The position numbers and the translations under genes were made by a program. DNA of 64,000 nucleotides from Microbotryum violaceum (Eukaryota): the NCBI GenBank assembly GCA_001244265.2, contig CDLV01000005.1, forward strand, positions 1,488,001 to 1,552,000. Reading direction: 5' to 3'. A model generated the notes under the pieces. It saw only the letters and a list, made by a program, of their open reading frames with translations. It was not told the origin of the DNA and did not search any database. Of this stretch, positions 26,316-39,304 are shown in pieces (positions within the stretch are counted from its first letter, which is position 1; each line of letters begins with the position of its first letter).

Positions 26316-27698
26316 TGCGCAACCCGAGCGTGATGGTAGGTCCAGTGATCGATCTTGATCTCAATATGCAGTCACCGATCATAGTCGATAGCTTACCGCG
26401 CGTCTACCGAATGACTATGTTCCCTCCTTTCCAGCACACGCCCTCCCCAGCTTTTGAAAATCCTCCTTCATCCGCTCAGTACCATATTGCCAGCGACTTA
26501 TCTGCCCAGTTTCAAATGAAAACTATGTTCAAAGTTGGGACTTGAGCTTGAAGAGGTTCTTCAGAGTCCAATGAAGGGTCGTAGATCTTGAAGCAAGCGC
26601 AAGGGTTCCCCGCGCGGCAAACCGAAACCGCTGCTGACTCCTGAATCGAAATGCCCTCGCTCCCCACCCCGCTGCAGTCCGGTTGTTTCATCACCTCCGA
26701 GAGCATGTCCTGAGCGCCGACACTTCTATGATGATAGCCAAGTGGGAAACCACGCATCGAGGAAGGTAGGCTTATCACCTGAAGTTTGCCTACGCCGTTA
26801 CGGATCACACCGTGACAGGTCTGTGCATTTGACGCCCCGAACTGATTTATCCAGATCGAATTGAAATATTGTACCGATCCATCATTCATCCACATACATG
26901 AGTGCCGAAACTCTAAAACTCTTTACCCCTCTGACAGTTTGTGTACGATTATACCGCCTGAATTGGCTCGCTTGCGACCTGTTCGGCACCTATGCCTACG
27001 CCACCCGGCCGCTTCCGACCGGCATCGACGCGCAGCAAGCGAACCCTCAACGGGTCATCTCCACACTGCCTGGACTACATGCCCAAGACACGGCGCTCAT
27101 CAAGTCACGTGATAACCCGCTGGGACTCAAAATTACAAGTCACAAGTCAAGGGCTCTGCTCAACAGCATAAAGGAACCCCCCATTTTACGCAACATACGC
27201 TCTTAGGATAGAGGACACACTAACTTCTCCCTGGTGGACGGTCCGAGTCAGCCGTCACCGGTTCACCGAGAGCTCCGGAGCGGTCGGCGGAATGTCGGAT
27301 TTGAGCGCGGACGAGCCGGACGAAGGCAGTTCCCGCGCGCGTTTCGGCGCAGCGCGGCAGGCCGCGACTTTCAGTTATAAAATGGGGATGCGTGTGGGGG
27401 AAGACCTCTCTCTCTTCTCTCTCTCCTTCTCTCTTTTCCACATCCACTTTATCCACCATCCATCCTTATTACATCGCATTTTCATCACCCTCTCATTTTA
27501 TGCTCAGTGTCTTACGAACCTGTAGGTCCATGTCCCACCCGCACACTGCCCTCACTGCCTCGACTACGTGCTCGTTCGAGTCGCAGCTGACTTGATGTGG
27601 AACTCACTCCCACCCCCCCACCCCCACTGACGTCGCACCGGGTCGTCCGCGGAACTCACACAGTCCCAAGACGCTTACATCACCTCACAACTAGGACG

Positions 27699-28866
27699 AT
27701 GGCGACGAAGATCACCTCAAATTCCGGTGGGAACGAGTTTACTAACTTTGCCAAGGACAATTTCAGTCAATCCGGTGCGTCGCACGAGGAGTAGGAGTAG
27801 GCGGTAGTACTAGGCGTGCTGACCATTCCGGTTATGACGATGATGTACAACCAGGTGGTTCCGGTCTCTACGATGCTAGTCGACCTACGTACCCTAAGCA
27901 AGCTATCATGGACATTCTTGCCCAACTTCCCCCGCGCTCGACCGTCGTCGAGTTAGGAGCCGGTACCGGTATCTTTACGAGAAACTTTATCGAGGCCGTA
28001 TCGACGGGGACTGGTGCGAATAACGCGATTGAGAAATGGATTGCTGTGGAACCTTCGGAAGGGATGAGGAAAGGCTTCGAGGACAAGTGGAATCGAACGA
28101 ATCGGGTCGACATGGAGTGTGTGGATGGACTCTTTGACAAGATTCCTGTGGAGGATGTCAAGGCCGATTTGGTGTGTCTTTGGGTGTGTTATAGCTTGCA
28201 TCGTTAGAATTACTAAGCTGCAAGTTCCAATCCGTACAGGTCTGTATCGCCCAAGCGTTTCATTGGGTCGGCACTGACGGATCCAAAGCCATAAAAGAGA
28301 TCGCTCGCGTTTTGAAACCCGGTGGATTGTGCGCCATGATTTGGAACCTCGAAGACAGGGAACAGCCTTGGGTCGCTAAAGTTCGGGAGATTTATGAGCA
28401 TCACGAAGCGGGTGAGCAGCGGAGTGGTCGAGTGCAGTTTGTGTAAAGATGACAAGGGCTTATGTCTGGGCTTTTTTCCGACAAAGGTACCCCTCAGTAC
28501 CGCTTAGGGCTGTGGAAGTCCATCTTCCGAACGGAGGAATACACGACATCGTTTTCCGAACACTCTTTGAAAAATTACTCCCAAATCTTGACGACGAACG
28601 AGGACCTTGTCGTCAATCGCGCGTTGTCCAAGAGTTATATCACCGCCTTGCCCAAGGAGAAGCAGGATGAACTGGCGGGGAGGATTCGGGATATTGTCAA
28701 AGGCGCTGAGGATAAGGTCTGGATCGACGAGGGGAAGGGGACGTTTGGTGAGTTGCTGAACTGTGATGTCCCGGGCAAGGATTTGAAGAGACTTCCTGAC
28801 TTTTAGTCTTGCGGTTCGACAGAGTACCCCTATACGACCGATCTCTTCACTTTTACACGTAAATAG
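27699..28866 (+). CDS. Class I SAM-dependent methyltransferase (Methyltransf_11 type)
   Basis: YDASRPTYP, VVELGAGTGIFTR (motif I), IAVEPSEGMR, AQAFHW, RVLKPGG..IWN; last exon EYPYTTDLFTFTRK-stop. Confidence 0.9.
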
Positions 28867-28931
28867 ACGTTGCGTTCATTCTCCGATCTTGGCTTAGTTT
28901 CTCTGTATGCATTGCAAACAAAAAGCCATAA

Positions 28932-31847
28932 TTATCCCTTCAGGTCCTGCAACAGATCTTTGACTTTTTCGAAAGCCTGTTCGTCCCCAAACGAATCCCT
29001 CGTCCGTCCCATAAAAGTTCTCACGATCGACCTCGCCTGAAATTTCCAATCCTTGGCCACGAGCTCCCCATCGGCTTTACGCTTCGATCCAAGGTTCTCC
29101 AACATTGTGACGACCTCTTCGACTCGTGTCGTGGCGGCGAGGAAGGCCTTCTTGTCATGTGTGATGGACTCGTCGGCGCCTACGACTGCGCGATAGGCTT
29201 TGAGGTGGCAATCCAACGCACCTGCGTAGTCGGATTGGAAGAGATACAATCGGGCACGGGCGAGGAAGACTCGAGCAGAGCTAGAGCAATGGGGCAGGAT
29301 CGTCGTATCGATTAAGCGTTCGACGCGGGGGAGAAGACCTTTACCCGAGTTGGGATTCACGTAAGGGGTTGGGGATTGCGCTTGATCCGGTTCATCGTCC
29401 AGTTGACGCGTCACGGCGTCGACTAACCTCTCAAGCACTTCGAGATCGATCGCCCCTTCCCCATCTTTGGCGATACGCATCTCAGTGATACGGGTTAAGG
29501 CGCGACAAGCCTCGGAGAGCTCGCCGACATCGACGGCGACGATCATGTAGTTGTACCACATGCGCCACGAGTCGTACGAGTGCTTGATCGCTTGCTTGAG
29601 GCAGTGGAACGCGGCGCGCTTGCGGCTAAAGGGGAGCTTGACCACTTCTTCGGATTCAGTCTGTTTTGCCGTGCTCGCTGTAGGTGCACTAATGGGTTTT
29701 TTGGTTGTAGGTTGATCATCCTCGTCGTCATCCAATGCGTCCCATGTCTCTTCGGGATCAACGTCGCCTTCGGTCTCCCCTCGACGAAGATGACAACTCG
29801 CGAGATTGCTCCAACTCTCCGCATCCTCGTCCTCTAATGCGACGCACCGTCCAAAAGCCTCCTGCGCTCCCGGCCAATTGAATAACCTCATCTCCGCACA
29901 ACCGAGTACGAACCAAGAGCGAGGGAACAGGGGGTTGATCGCCAGTGCGAGTCGAAGCGCCTCGTGAGCTTTCTCGTAATCGTTTGCGGCCCAGTAAGTT
30001 GCCCCAAGGGATCTTTGAGCGAGCGACGACGTCTTTCCCGAAACGATCCACGCCTTTTCGAAATGCCGAGAATCTTTTTCCAATTCACCCAAGATGCACC
30101 ACATCTTGGCTTCCCTTCTCGGACCACCTCGAAGCACCCTCGAAGCACCATCGGTCTTGCGCGCCTCCATCACCAATTCCGTTTCGACCTTCTTCCCTTC
30201 GAGTAATTCACGAATGATCGCAATCCCTCGGTCCGGCCGCTCAAGAGAAGTCCAACAACGCGCTACTTCTTCCCACATCTCAAGACGAGTGAAGATCTCT
30301 AAAGCGGATTTCGTAATCCCGAGCGAACCGTATCGCGTTGCAAGTTCACGCTCCATCTCCCACCAAGGCGGCAAATTGAGCGCGTGAAATTGGGCGAGTC
30401 GATCTCGCGCTGGGGCCATATCTTCCGATTTGACGGCGGAGGAAATGGCGGAGATGTCCCGCGGAGAACCGTCTTTGAGTTGATCAACGAGAGCTTGCAT
30501 TTGTAAAACACCGCGTTCGACGGTGCGCGACCGACCGGCTTCGGCTCGGCAGCGTAGGAGGAGGGCCATAGAATGCACGGACCAGTTTTGGGGTTGGAGA
30601 ATGACGCGCGAAACAAAGGAGGAGACTTGGGAGGTCGACAGCACGTCCGCAGAGAGATTCATGAGTGAGGTCGGGGCGGGTAGGGTCGCGAGGGAGAGGG
30701 CGAGAAGGACACTCTGAGAAAAGGGCGAGATGTCGGGCTGCGAGGTAGGGTCCATCGACGAGAGACTGTCGGGATCCTCATCGACAGGTTTGGGCGCCGA
30801 AGAGTCTTGCGTGAAGGCTGTCCGCTCGAGCAATGTATCATCGTTCAATGCGAACGCTTCCGGAACAGGAGTGGGAGCGGCTGCGGTCTCGACCGGCTTC
30901 GACGGCTCTTCTTTTTTGGCTTGTTGACTCGTTCGATCGCGCGCCAAAACGACGAGTTGAGTCTTTTCGTCGACTTGCCATTTGGTCCTCTTGCCCATCC
31001 TACCCGTCAACTCCCATTCGAGCCCAATCTCCTGAGCGGCTTGCACCGCCAAAGCCGAGGCTTCCTTTTGTGCAGTCGAATGGGGAGAAGATCGACTCAG
31101 AAGGGTCGAGAGGAGAGAAAGCGAGAGGGAGAGGGAGGCTCGATCGGGCGAGTCGTGCGGGAGGGCCAGACGGAGCGTCGAGGCCTCGGACGCGATGGAT
31201 AGGGGTAAGGGGACAGGTTCGTCGAGGACTTTAAGCCAGACGAGGCCAGCTCGCAGGCGCCAGATCTTGATGGATTCCAAGCTCCATCTCAGACTTGTGG
31301 GGATGGTCGAGACCAACGTTGACGAGGTCGAGGGCGTGTTCTCCTCCGAGTCGGCGGTGTCGTAGGGCGACCGGAGCAGACCAAAGATCTGCAAGGCCAG
31401 CACGAGTAGGACGGCGTGCTTGGTCAGATGGTACGCCGGCTCTCCACTGTAGGCCAATTCTTCGATCGCGGTATCGTTGATTTGTTCGGGTGCGAAGGTC
31501 GATGCTCCGTCCTTGGTGTCGAACAAGTGCCGAGGATCGAGCTCGAGCGTCGGTCCGGTCCAGTTGATTTGCACAAACGCGTGCAGGGCTGCGACCCCCA
31601 CCGAGAGTAAATTGAGCTCAACATTGGGATCATCTCGCGTCGGGAGGAAGGTGAGGTCTATCCCAAAGCGAGGTGTGGCCGACGACGATGAAGTTCCAGA
31701 GTCGATTCGCCAGCATGAGCGTGCGAAGGGCGAGTGCAGCACCTTGAGCGCTTCGGCGGCACACGCATTCTGTACAAGCTCCGAGGTGGGGGCATGGGGC
31801 TCGTTGAGGTGAAGAAGAGCCGACTCGGCTGCGGTGAGAGCTACCAT
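28932..31847 (-). CDS. EMW1: TPR protein Emw1/TTC27 family; apparently intronless, about 971 aa
   Basis: Single long ORF with LHAFVQINWTGP, WELTGRMGKRTKWQ, LNDDTLLER, NWSVHSMALLLR, ERGVLQMQALVD and TPR repeats. Confidence 0.9.
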   Translation of the reverse strand: MVALTAAESALLHLNEPHAPTSELVQNACAAEALKVLHSPFARSCWRIDSGTSSSSATPRFGIDLTFLPTRDDPNVELNLLSVGVAALHAFVQINWTGPTLELDPRHLFDTKDGASTFAPEQINDTAIEELAYSGEPAYHLTKHAVLLVLALQIFGLLRSPYDTADSEENTPSTSSTLVSTIPTSLRWSLESIKIWRLRAGLVWLKVLDEPVPLPLSIASEASTLRLALPHDSPDRASLSLSLSLLSTLLSRSSPHSTAQKEASALAVQAAQEIGLEWELTGRMGKRTKWQVDEKTQLVVLARDRTSQQAKKEEPSKPVETAAAPTPVPEAFALNDDTLLERTAFTQDSSAPKPVDEDPDSLSSMDPTSQPDISPFSQSVLLALSLATLPAPTSLMNLSADVLSTSQVSSFVSRVILQPQNWSVHSMALLLRCRAEAGRSRTVERGVLQMQALVDQLKDGSPRDISAISSAVKSEDMAPARDRLAQFHALNLPPWWEMERELATRYGSLGITKSALEIFTRLEMWEEVARCWTSLERPDRGIAIIRELLEGKKVETELVMEARKTDGASRVLRGGPRREAKMWCILGELEKDSRHFEKAWIVSGKTSSLAQRSLGATYWAANDYEKAHEALRLALAINPLFPRSWFVLGCAEMRLFNWPGAQEAFGRCVALEDEDAESWSNLASCHLRRGETEGDVDPEETWDALDDDEDDQPTTKKPISAPTASTAKQTESEEVVKLPFSRKRAAFHCLKQAIKHSYDSWRMWYNYMIVAVDVGELSEACRALTRITEMRIAKDGEGAIDLEVLERLVDAVTRQLDDEPDQAQSPTPYVNPNSGKGLLPRVERLIDTTILPHCSSSARVFLARARLYLFQSDYAGALDCHLKAYRAVVGADESITHDKKAFLAATTRVEEVVTMLENLGSKRKADGELVAKDWKFQARSIVRTFMGRTRDSFGDEQAFEKVKDLLQDLKG

Positions 31848-32303
31848 CGGGTGCGTCCAGACGGAGGGAAGGCTGTATCGGAACAAGTCAAGCGAGGCTC
31901 GGTCAGCACCACTTTCTGGGAGAAGAGCAGGCAGCAGCGAGTGGGGGTAGATGTGCTGACCCTGGTGTACCGCAAGTTGAAAAGCTGCCGAAACAGGAGC
32001 AGCAAAAGGATGAACCGTGAGAGGGATGAGGCAACACGAGCTGAAAGAGAGCACATCAGCCCCGACCCGACGCACCGGGCGAATTGTTGCTTAGTAATTT
32101 ATAATCCGGGCGATCGAAATACTGACATAGCGGAGGCCTCTCCTCGCTGGTGGGCGGCGCGCTTGCGAAGTTGGAATTTGGCTGCGAAGGTGATTCGTTC
32201 ACTCGGTTGCGCTGGCCGTGTCGCGCGCTCGTTGTCGTTGCACTTGCCCACCCTCGCAAGACCAGAATACATACATCATCCCCCTCAGTCCACCATTCCC
32301 ACC

Positions 32304-34590
32304 ATGGTTGATCAGTTCTTCAACAAGGCTCGACCGTTCACTAAACGGCAACGAGAACCGACCCATGGAGAGTCAGCTTCGTCTTCGTCTTCGCGTGGTG
32401 GTGGTCGGCGCAGCGGGTTCGGTGGGCGCTCATCGGCTGGTGGTGCAGCTGGATCGGGGAGAGGGAGGAGAGATGATGGCGGTGGGAGTGGGTCGGCGTT
32501 CCATAACAAGAAGCCGAGGACGGGCAACGCGGCAGGGAATGCCAAGGGCAAGGCGAATGCTTCCAATGGGGCATCGACGGGACGACGACGGCGCGACGAA
32601 GAGGACGATGACGACTTGAACGACGACAAGTTTGATTCAGATGATCAGGATGACGACGACGACGACGAGGATGAATTTGAGGAGGAACAGGACGATCCGC
32701 TCGAGACGCCCGCGCAGAAGAGGTTGAGGCTTTCGCAGATGTACCTCGATTCATTGGCCAAAGCAGCAAAGGGGCAGGGTATGTCACCAGGAATACGTGT
32801 GCGACTTGCGGCTGAGATACTGAATCGACTCTTCCATGGCGATCAGACGAGATTGGGTGTGACGCGGCCGACGTGGACCGAGACATCATTGCCGAGCGGC
32901 TGCAGCAGGACGTCGTAAGTCACAGCGCAGCTGCCTCATCTCCGAGTGCATGGCTCACCCCCTCTACGACCTATCGCAGCTCCAACACTCTGGGAAACTC
33001 CACCTATTCGTAGCCAACAAGGTCAGTCTATTTACTCTTCGCGAAGCCTATCCTATCCCGAATTCCCGAGCTGAACTCCTTTTCTCCCCTCCTTAGCTCA
33101 TCTTGCCCCTCGACCCGACCCACATTCACCATACGCCTCGCAAAGCCCATCGTGGACCTTTGACGAGCGCGATCGCTTCCCAGGACGCGCACTGGCTCTA
33201 CACCGCTTCCAAAGACGGGAGCATCATCAAATGGCATCTCAGCACACGCGCTCATGCGGTGGGATCCGCGGTCGATCAGATGGAGGATGGGGAATCAACG
33301 TCCGAAAGGAAGGGCAGCATTACCAAAGCCGTTTATCTTCCCAAGAGAAAACGCGACCCGACGCAAATCGCGAACAAGGAAGAATCCGCCAAAGCCAAGG
33401 GCAAGAAGAAGGCGTTGAACAATAGTGCGACCGCTGTGGGACATGCGGCGGAGGTGTTGAGTTTGGATTTGAGTACGGATGGGACGATCTTGGCGAGTGG
33501 GGGTGCGGATAAGGTCATTGGGGTTTGGAACGTTAAAGGGGAAAACGCCAAGTGGGTTCGAGGGCTTTCGGGGCATAAGGATCGAGTGGCGGTGAGTTGG
33601 ATCGTTGGTCGGGCAGAGCACTGCAGAGCCGTTGACTGATTGATACGAATCGGCAAATTCATTCGCAGTCCCTCGCATTCCGTCAAGGCACCCAGGAACT
33701 CTACTCGTCTTCCTTTGATCGAACCATCAAGCTCTACGATCTATCAACGCTATCCTACGTCGAAACTCTGTTCGGCCACCAAGATTCGATCCAACACATC
33801 GCCGCGTTGAGGGGCGAACTCGCCGTTTCTGCAGGCGGGAGGGACAAAACCGTACGGTATTGGAAAGTCGCCGAGGAGTCGCAGTTGGTTTTCCGCGGGG
33901 GTGTGGTAAGTAGAGTCAGGAACGTGCTTGATGGGGCGTTCGAGGAGGACGATGTGGCGCAGGTTGAGCTCGAGAGGAGGAAGAGGAAGGAGAGGGGCGA
34001 GGTCAAATATGTCGAAGGCAGCATCGAGTGCGTCGCTATGGTCGATGATACGACTTTCTTGAGTGGGGGTGATAGTGGGTACGTTAATTTGGTTGCTGAG
34101 ATGCTTGGGATAGAAGACTGATACCCATCTTACTCACCGGACCCACAGCTCCATTTGCCTCTGGACCACGACCAAAAAGAAGCCCGTCGCTTCACGCCAA
34201 CTCGCGCACGGCACGCACGACACCCAATCCGCGACCGAAGGTCTCATCGCCACACCTCGATGGATCACTGCCTTGGCCTGCTTACCCTATGGCGACGTAT
34301 TCGCCTCTGGATCGTGGGACGGCTCGATTAGGTTGTGGAAGATTGATGAAAAGATGAGGTCCTTCGAGGTTGTAGGTGAGATCCCCGCGGTTGGATACGT
34401 CAATTCATTGCAAATTGTTTTGCCGAACGTCGGGCAGACGGACAAGGAGGGTGACGAAAAGACTTTGAAGGGGAAGAGCTTGATGCTTGTTGCTTCGATA
34501 TCGAAGGAACCGAGGTTGGGAAGGTGGAAACGGCTCAAGGAAGGGAGGGAAGGTGCACTTGTAGTCGAGATCCCTTTGCGAGAAGTATAA
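32304..34590 (+). CDS. RRP9: U3 snoRNP-associated WD40 protein Rrp9
   Basis: ETPAQKRLRLSQMYL, IIAERLQQDV, LYTASKDGSIIKW, YVETLFGHQD, WKVAEESQLVFRGG, WITALACLPYGDVFASGSWDG, KEPRLGRW. Confidence 0.93.
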
Positions 34591-34704
34591 TGTAGCTCTC
34601 ACAGGAATCTTGTCATACTTCAGGAACTGCATTGCATTTTTTGCGTTTTACATGCATTGAGCTCATCAAATGTCAAATGTCCATCGTCCTCTGCGGCTCG
34701 CGGT

Positions 34705-37700
34705 CTAGCTCGAGCCCACTCCGAGAGGGTCCCAATTGCTGTCTTTCGCAGGCTGCGGCTCTGTCGTTGGTGCCACTACTGGGACAGCGGCTGGTGTCGC
34801 TGTAAACATGGCCTCTGTCGGTGATCTCGGAAGGTCTTGGATCTTGGCCGAGGACGACTGCGCAAGCGCTTGTTGCCTTGCCGACGCAGGGGCATAAGGT
34901 TGGTACGAGTGACCGAGAGAGAGACTGTCCACCTGACCAGCCAAGGTTGTTGCCCTTTCAGGTGACGGCGCTGGGCTCTGAATCCGAGCCGGGGAAGCCG
35001 CAAGCAGAGGTTGGAAAGGGACCGACCCTGCGGCAGCACGTGCCTCGAATCGCTGCGCCGCATCCTGCCCGTACTTTTGGACCGATTTCCATGCGGACCA
35101 ACCGAAACGTTGGACCGAAGTTACGGCTTCGGCTACTTGGGCTTGGGACGGGATTTCGAGGGGTAGAGAGCCGCCGGAACGTAGTGGCGTCGCTGAAGTC
35201 GACGACGTCGGAGTCGCTGCGGCCGAGATCGATCTGCTAACCGGACTCAATTTGCGATCCGTGATACTCGTGTCGATCGTCGCACTTGCGGTCTGGAGCT
35301 GTTGGGGACGAGACCCGTTCGATGAAACATCGCCAGCAGGTTCGATCGATGGTTGCGGAGCAATCACAGCCGTAGCTTCCTCGACCACTTGGGGCTGTAT
35401 TTCGTCCGGTGAGCCGTTCATCTCCTCGTCCGAGCGGTTGAACAGGGCATACCACCATCGAACATCTTGGGAGTCCAAGAAGAGCACGCCTTGATCCGCA
35501 TCAGCGCGTCTTGCCGTGGGATCGTCCAAGGAGGGGTCGTACAGAGGATTGACGAACTCGGCTTTGAGTCGTAGCTCGGTCTCGCCGTTGGGTCCCGTCG
35601 GAACCTCTTCGAAGAATTCTTCCCAAACGCTCGAAGTCAGATCACGCGCGTTGAAACCGGATCGATCCTTTTCGGAATTGAAAACAAATGTGCCGGACCG
35701 ACCGGTGTAGCTCTCGTAGTGCAGTCGTCGGAGCAGAGTGTCGTTCCATTCGAACCGAGTCGGAAATTGTCGTTGGATTTGGTAAATACAGTCCAAGAAC
35801 TGCTGAAACACTGGGCAGACCTCTTTGGCGTTGGACCGAGTTGCGCCAAGCGACTTGGAGACGTTGGCGAAGAACGCCTGTTGTGGCATCAAATCGTCGC
35901 CACGAGCTTGGATGAAGGGGATCCGGTCACCACACAAGAAACCCGTGCGGTCAGTGAAGCGGTGGCCGTAGGACAGCCAGTCTTTTTCAATCAGCACGGC
36001 CAAGCCAGCAGCTGTTCGATAGTACGGGTCCAAGCATAGCTGTGGGAGGGCAGAAAGCTGGGAGGTGCGATCCCAACCGTCCGAGCAATGGACCAAGACA
36101 TGGGAGTTGTAGAGGTGAATGGTGCGCGTGATGGTGCGCACGCCGTCAAGGATGTTCGTCAGATGGGCGAGCCAATTTGTTTTCCGCAGAGCAAGGCGGT
36201 CCAGAATGCCCGTCAGCTCGGAATCTTGCAGGGCTGAGACAACGAACGCGTATCGGATGTGTCAGGCACTGTGTCGATTTCAAAATTGTAGCGCATCGCA
36301 CTGACCGTCGAAGATGCCATTCAGACTGGATCGCATGACGTGAATATTGTCGATGCCGAGATATTCCTTCCGGCAATTGCGATAGAAGGACATGTTCTCA
36401 CTCCCTGCCCCCTTGATCGAGTTCGCATACGCATTCTTGGTCGGCCGAGCATCGATGATGATGTTAGTCGCCTGAGCACCGTACACAATTTCGGCATTCG
36501 CCGTGAACCCGTCGTTCGTGCCCCGCGTAGAGCTGCCCTGCATTGCTTGTCGGGGATGCGAGTGCTGCGAGTGCGAGGTAAAGATGCACTCGACGAGCTT
36601 TTCGTCCTGTATCGATCGAGCACCTTGTGTAATGCCAACCATGGGTTGTGACGATCGAGTGATGGACCCCTGCGGGTAATCGCGCCTCAGGAGGTTAGCC
36701 AGGGAATGATGGTACTCTCCGTATGGACGAACCAGATTTGCCCAGTGCAGGTATACCAGGCCAGGGATCCGGCCCTTGCTGCGATATTTGACCGCATAGT
36801 TCAGCGTCGTGTCCGAAATCTTCTGCGGCACCACTATCTGGGGCGGGTAAGATGGACAAAGCTGTGCAAGACAAATAGGTGATGCGGTCGGTTTCGACAG
36901 CTGTCCCGTTCGCATCGAGACAGGTTGCTTCCACCTACATCGTATTTCTCGTTGAGCGCCGTAAACCTCCAAGCTCTACTCCGCGTCCCAAGGCCCATGC
37001 GAGCAAACTCTGCTTCGGGGCTGTAAATCATCCACCCCGCTTTGCTTTTACCCTTTGCGTCGGGACCGTTCACCTTTGAAGGCTCGACCGTAGCGTTGTC
37101 GGACGAGAAGGCGTAGAGGCCTTGTATGCCGTGTGCGGCGACCTCGGCGCACAGCGCTTTGAGCCGGTCCCAGATCCCATTTGCCTGGTCAGCGTTGCGG
37201 AAAAACAGATCGTATACGAGAAAGTCGCGGGTTCGAATGGTAATTGCGGATGGCGATCCATCGTGGTTCGGTGGTCCGCGAGATACGGAGTGGATGAGCG
37301 AGAAGGGGAGCTAGCGGAGCAAGTAGGTCGAACGCGTACGGCACACGCAAGAGAACATGCTGCTGTCAGACACGTCCACAGTTGCCACATCTGAGTCACA
37401 CTGATGTAGTCAGCGCACCTTGATCACGGCGTCTGATGCTGCGTGGGCCGCATCGCTGCTTCCGAACCGAAAGACGAGGCCATGTGGGGTGAGCTGCAGG
37501 GAGCCCTTCTGCGGTGACGCGGTGTTTCCGCCCGTTCGAAGGGACAAGGGGACATGTTCGACCTATTACATAGATGGTCGTGTTGCCGGTAAGCTTGGCT
37601 TGCGCGATAAAGTATGTCGATACGTCTGGGTGGTACGACGTAGCACCGCTCGCCGGGTCGATGCTGGTTCCTCGACTCACCGAGCTCAGTTGCAGCGAGT

Positions 37701-37710
37701 CCACAGCCAT
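34705..37710 (-). CDS. YMR1: Myotubularin-family PI3P phosphatase
   Basis: Catalytic VLVHCSDGWDRT; LCPSYP, YRSKGRIP, RSSQPMVG, IIDARP, GIDNIHVMR, EKDWLSYGHRF. Confidence 0.95.
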
Positions 37711-37999
37711 GGCAGATGGGTAGACGATACAGTCAAAGCTTGCCTGGACTATGTACCAGGCGCGTGATCAAGGCGCGTGATCAAGCCGAGTAGGAGCGAA
37801 CTGTGCGTGCTCGGTCTCGGGTCGACGCGGACACGAACAGCGACGCCCGAGGACAAGCACGCGTTCTTGCGCCGAAGGCGAGTTTCGTTACCGAGCGAAT
37901 TGAAACCAGCTACTAAGACGGTGTAAATTACTTCGAGTATTCGACAGCCATTTCGACTCTGTCAGCGTTAGCCTGAATCCGCTATTACTTACTTAGACC

Positions 38000-38494
38000 T
38001 GTAAATGTAGGTGATGTAGGTGCAGGGAAGCAGTGTGGTACTCCGGGTCGTGCCCAACAACGGCAAACAGTCGACAACCGTGACCGGTGTACGACCCAAT
38101 TGACTGCCGAGCTCCGCCGCGCTGAACGGGGTGTTCGATGGTTCGGCGTGCACCCTCCACGGCGCCACCTGCGACGAGTGTGACCTTCCCGATCTAAGCT
38201 TTCGATGGCCAGATCTCCCTGTGCACGATCGACGACTCACCGACTACAACTGCGACTCGATTGACTCAGCGCCGAATGGGGAAATCCTAATAACAGCGCG
38301 CGCGACGACTCCCGCCTTCCTGTCCCTGAGCGCTAGTCGACTCCTGCCCAGCTGGCTCTGGCTACCCAAGTCCATTTGCGAACCCTATAAATGCCTCGGA
38401 AGGAGATAGGTCTAAGATTGTCCGAACTACACCCTTCGGTGCAAGAGGCAGAGGGTCGAATAAAGGAGACAAGTACAACTGATTAATCGGAACA
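38000..38494 (+). mobile_element. LTR-like segment, possibly a solo or orphan LTR
   Basis: TG...CA bounded, TATA-like CTATAAA near 38385, AATAAA near 38459; no partner LTR or target-site duplication found. Confidence 0.3.
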
Positions 38495-38911
38495 TTGTCT
38501 CAGCGATCGCGTGTATTGAGTTCAAGAATCCTGGTACATTGGAAAGGTTGCGAGTTTTAGGAGGTGGCAGAGCAGAGGGGGGCGGGTCGCTTCGGGCAGC
38601 GCAGGGGCAGTGCAACGGGCAAGGGGGACTCGGGGACTTTTGGGGCTCTACGGGACTCGGTTTACTCTCTTTCTTTTTAGGGTGTGTGTGTGTGTGTTCA
38701 AGCGTTCAAGCGCCCAAGTCTCCAAGTTTTTCGTCCCCGTTCAAACTCTCTCGCCTCCCCTTTGTCCCATCTCGGCGCCGGCAGTTCCCCCGCGCACCCG
38801 TTTTGCCCCTCTCGCGTCCGGCCTGTCCCCGTCGTCGCTCTCTCTCCTCTCCTGTCGTGTTCTGCGCACAAGTTCCAATCGCAACCATCTAGCACTGCCA
38901 CAACTGGGGAG

Positions 38912-39304
38912 TCAGCCGGGATCCTCCCCCCACCCCCGATAGCGTAGATCGTCCACGAGCAACCCCGCCTGCTGTTCCATCTCCTGGGCCTCCTCCAACG
39001 AAAGCTCCGCGGTACTCTCCAGCTTATGGCAGAAGTCCCAGAAGTCCACCAGCACCGTCGACAAGTGTGCCGTGACGCCTCCCCGAAACGAACGAGGTGC
39101 ATCGGACTGGGATCTGAACTTGGAGAACTCGAAGAAGTCGTAATTGCCATCGAGGGCGGAACGGAACTGAGCCGTCAAGAAGTCGAAGTACTCAGCACTT
39201 GAGGCCCGAGAAGCTGGGTGGCCTGGAACGAAATGAGCCGGAGTGTCATCGCGAAGGCTTTCGTAGCTCGGGTAGATGAATGACAGAGTGTGACGTTCTT
39301 GCAT
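38912..39304 (-). CDS. Unknown ORF of about 130 aa immediately 3' of the copia RNase H, same strand
   Basis: MQERHTLSFIYPSYESLRDD...LLVDDLRYRGWGEDPG; open frame with mostly C/G-ending codons; no motif recognised. Confidence 0.45.
   Translation of the reverse strand: MQERHTLSFIYPSYESLRDDTPAHFVPGHPASRASSAEYFDFLTAQFRSALDGNYDFFEFSKFRSQSDAPRSFRGGVTAHLSTVLVDFWDFCHKLESTAELSLEEAQEMEQQAGLLVDDLRYRGWGEDPG

Noticed and set aside
26512-26895. 127-aa minus-strand ORF containing Cys residues
   Set aside because: No signal peptide, motif or convincing splice structure
31734-32303. Long 5' extensions of the EMW1 (to 32075) and RRP9 (from 31734) ORFs in the track
   Set aside because: They start at non-ATG codons and overlap each other; family-like sequence begins at ATG 31847 and ATG 32304
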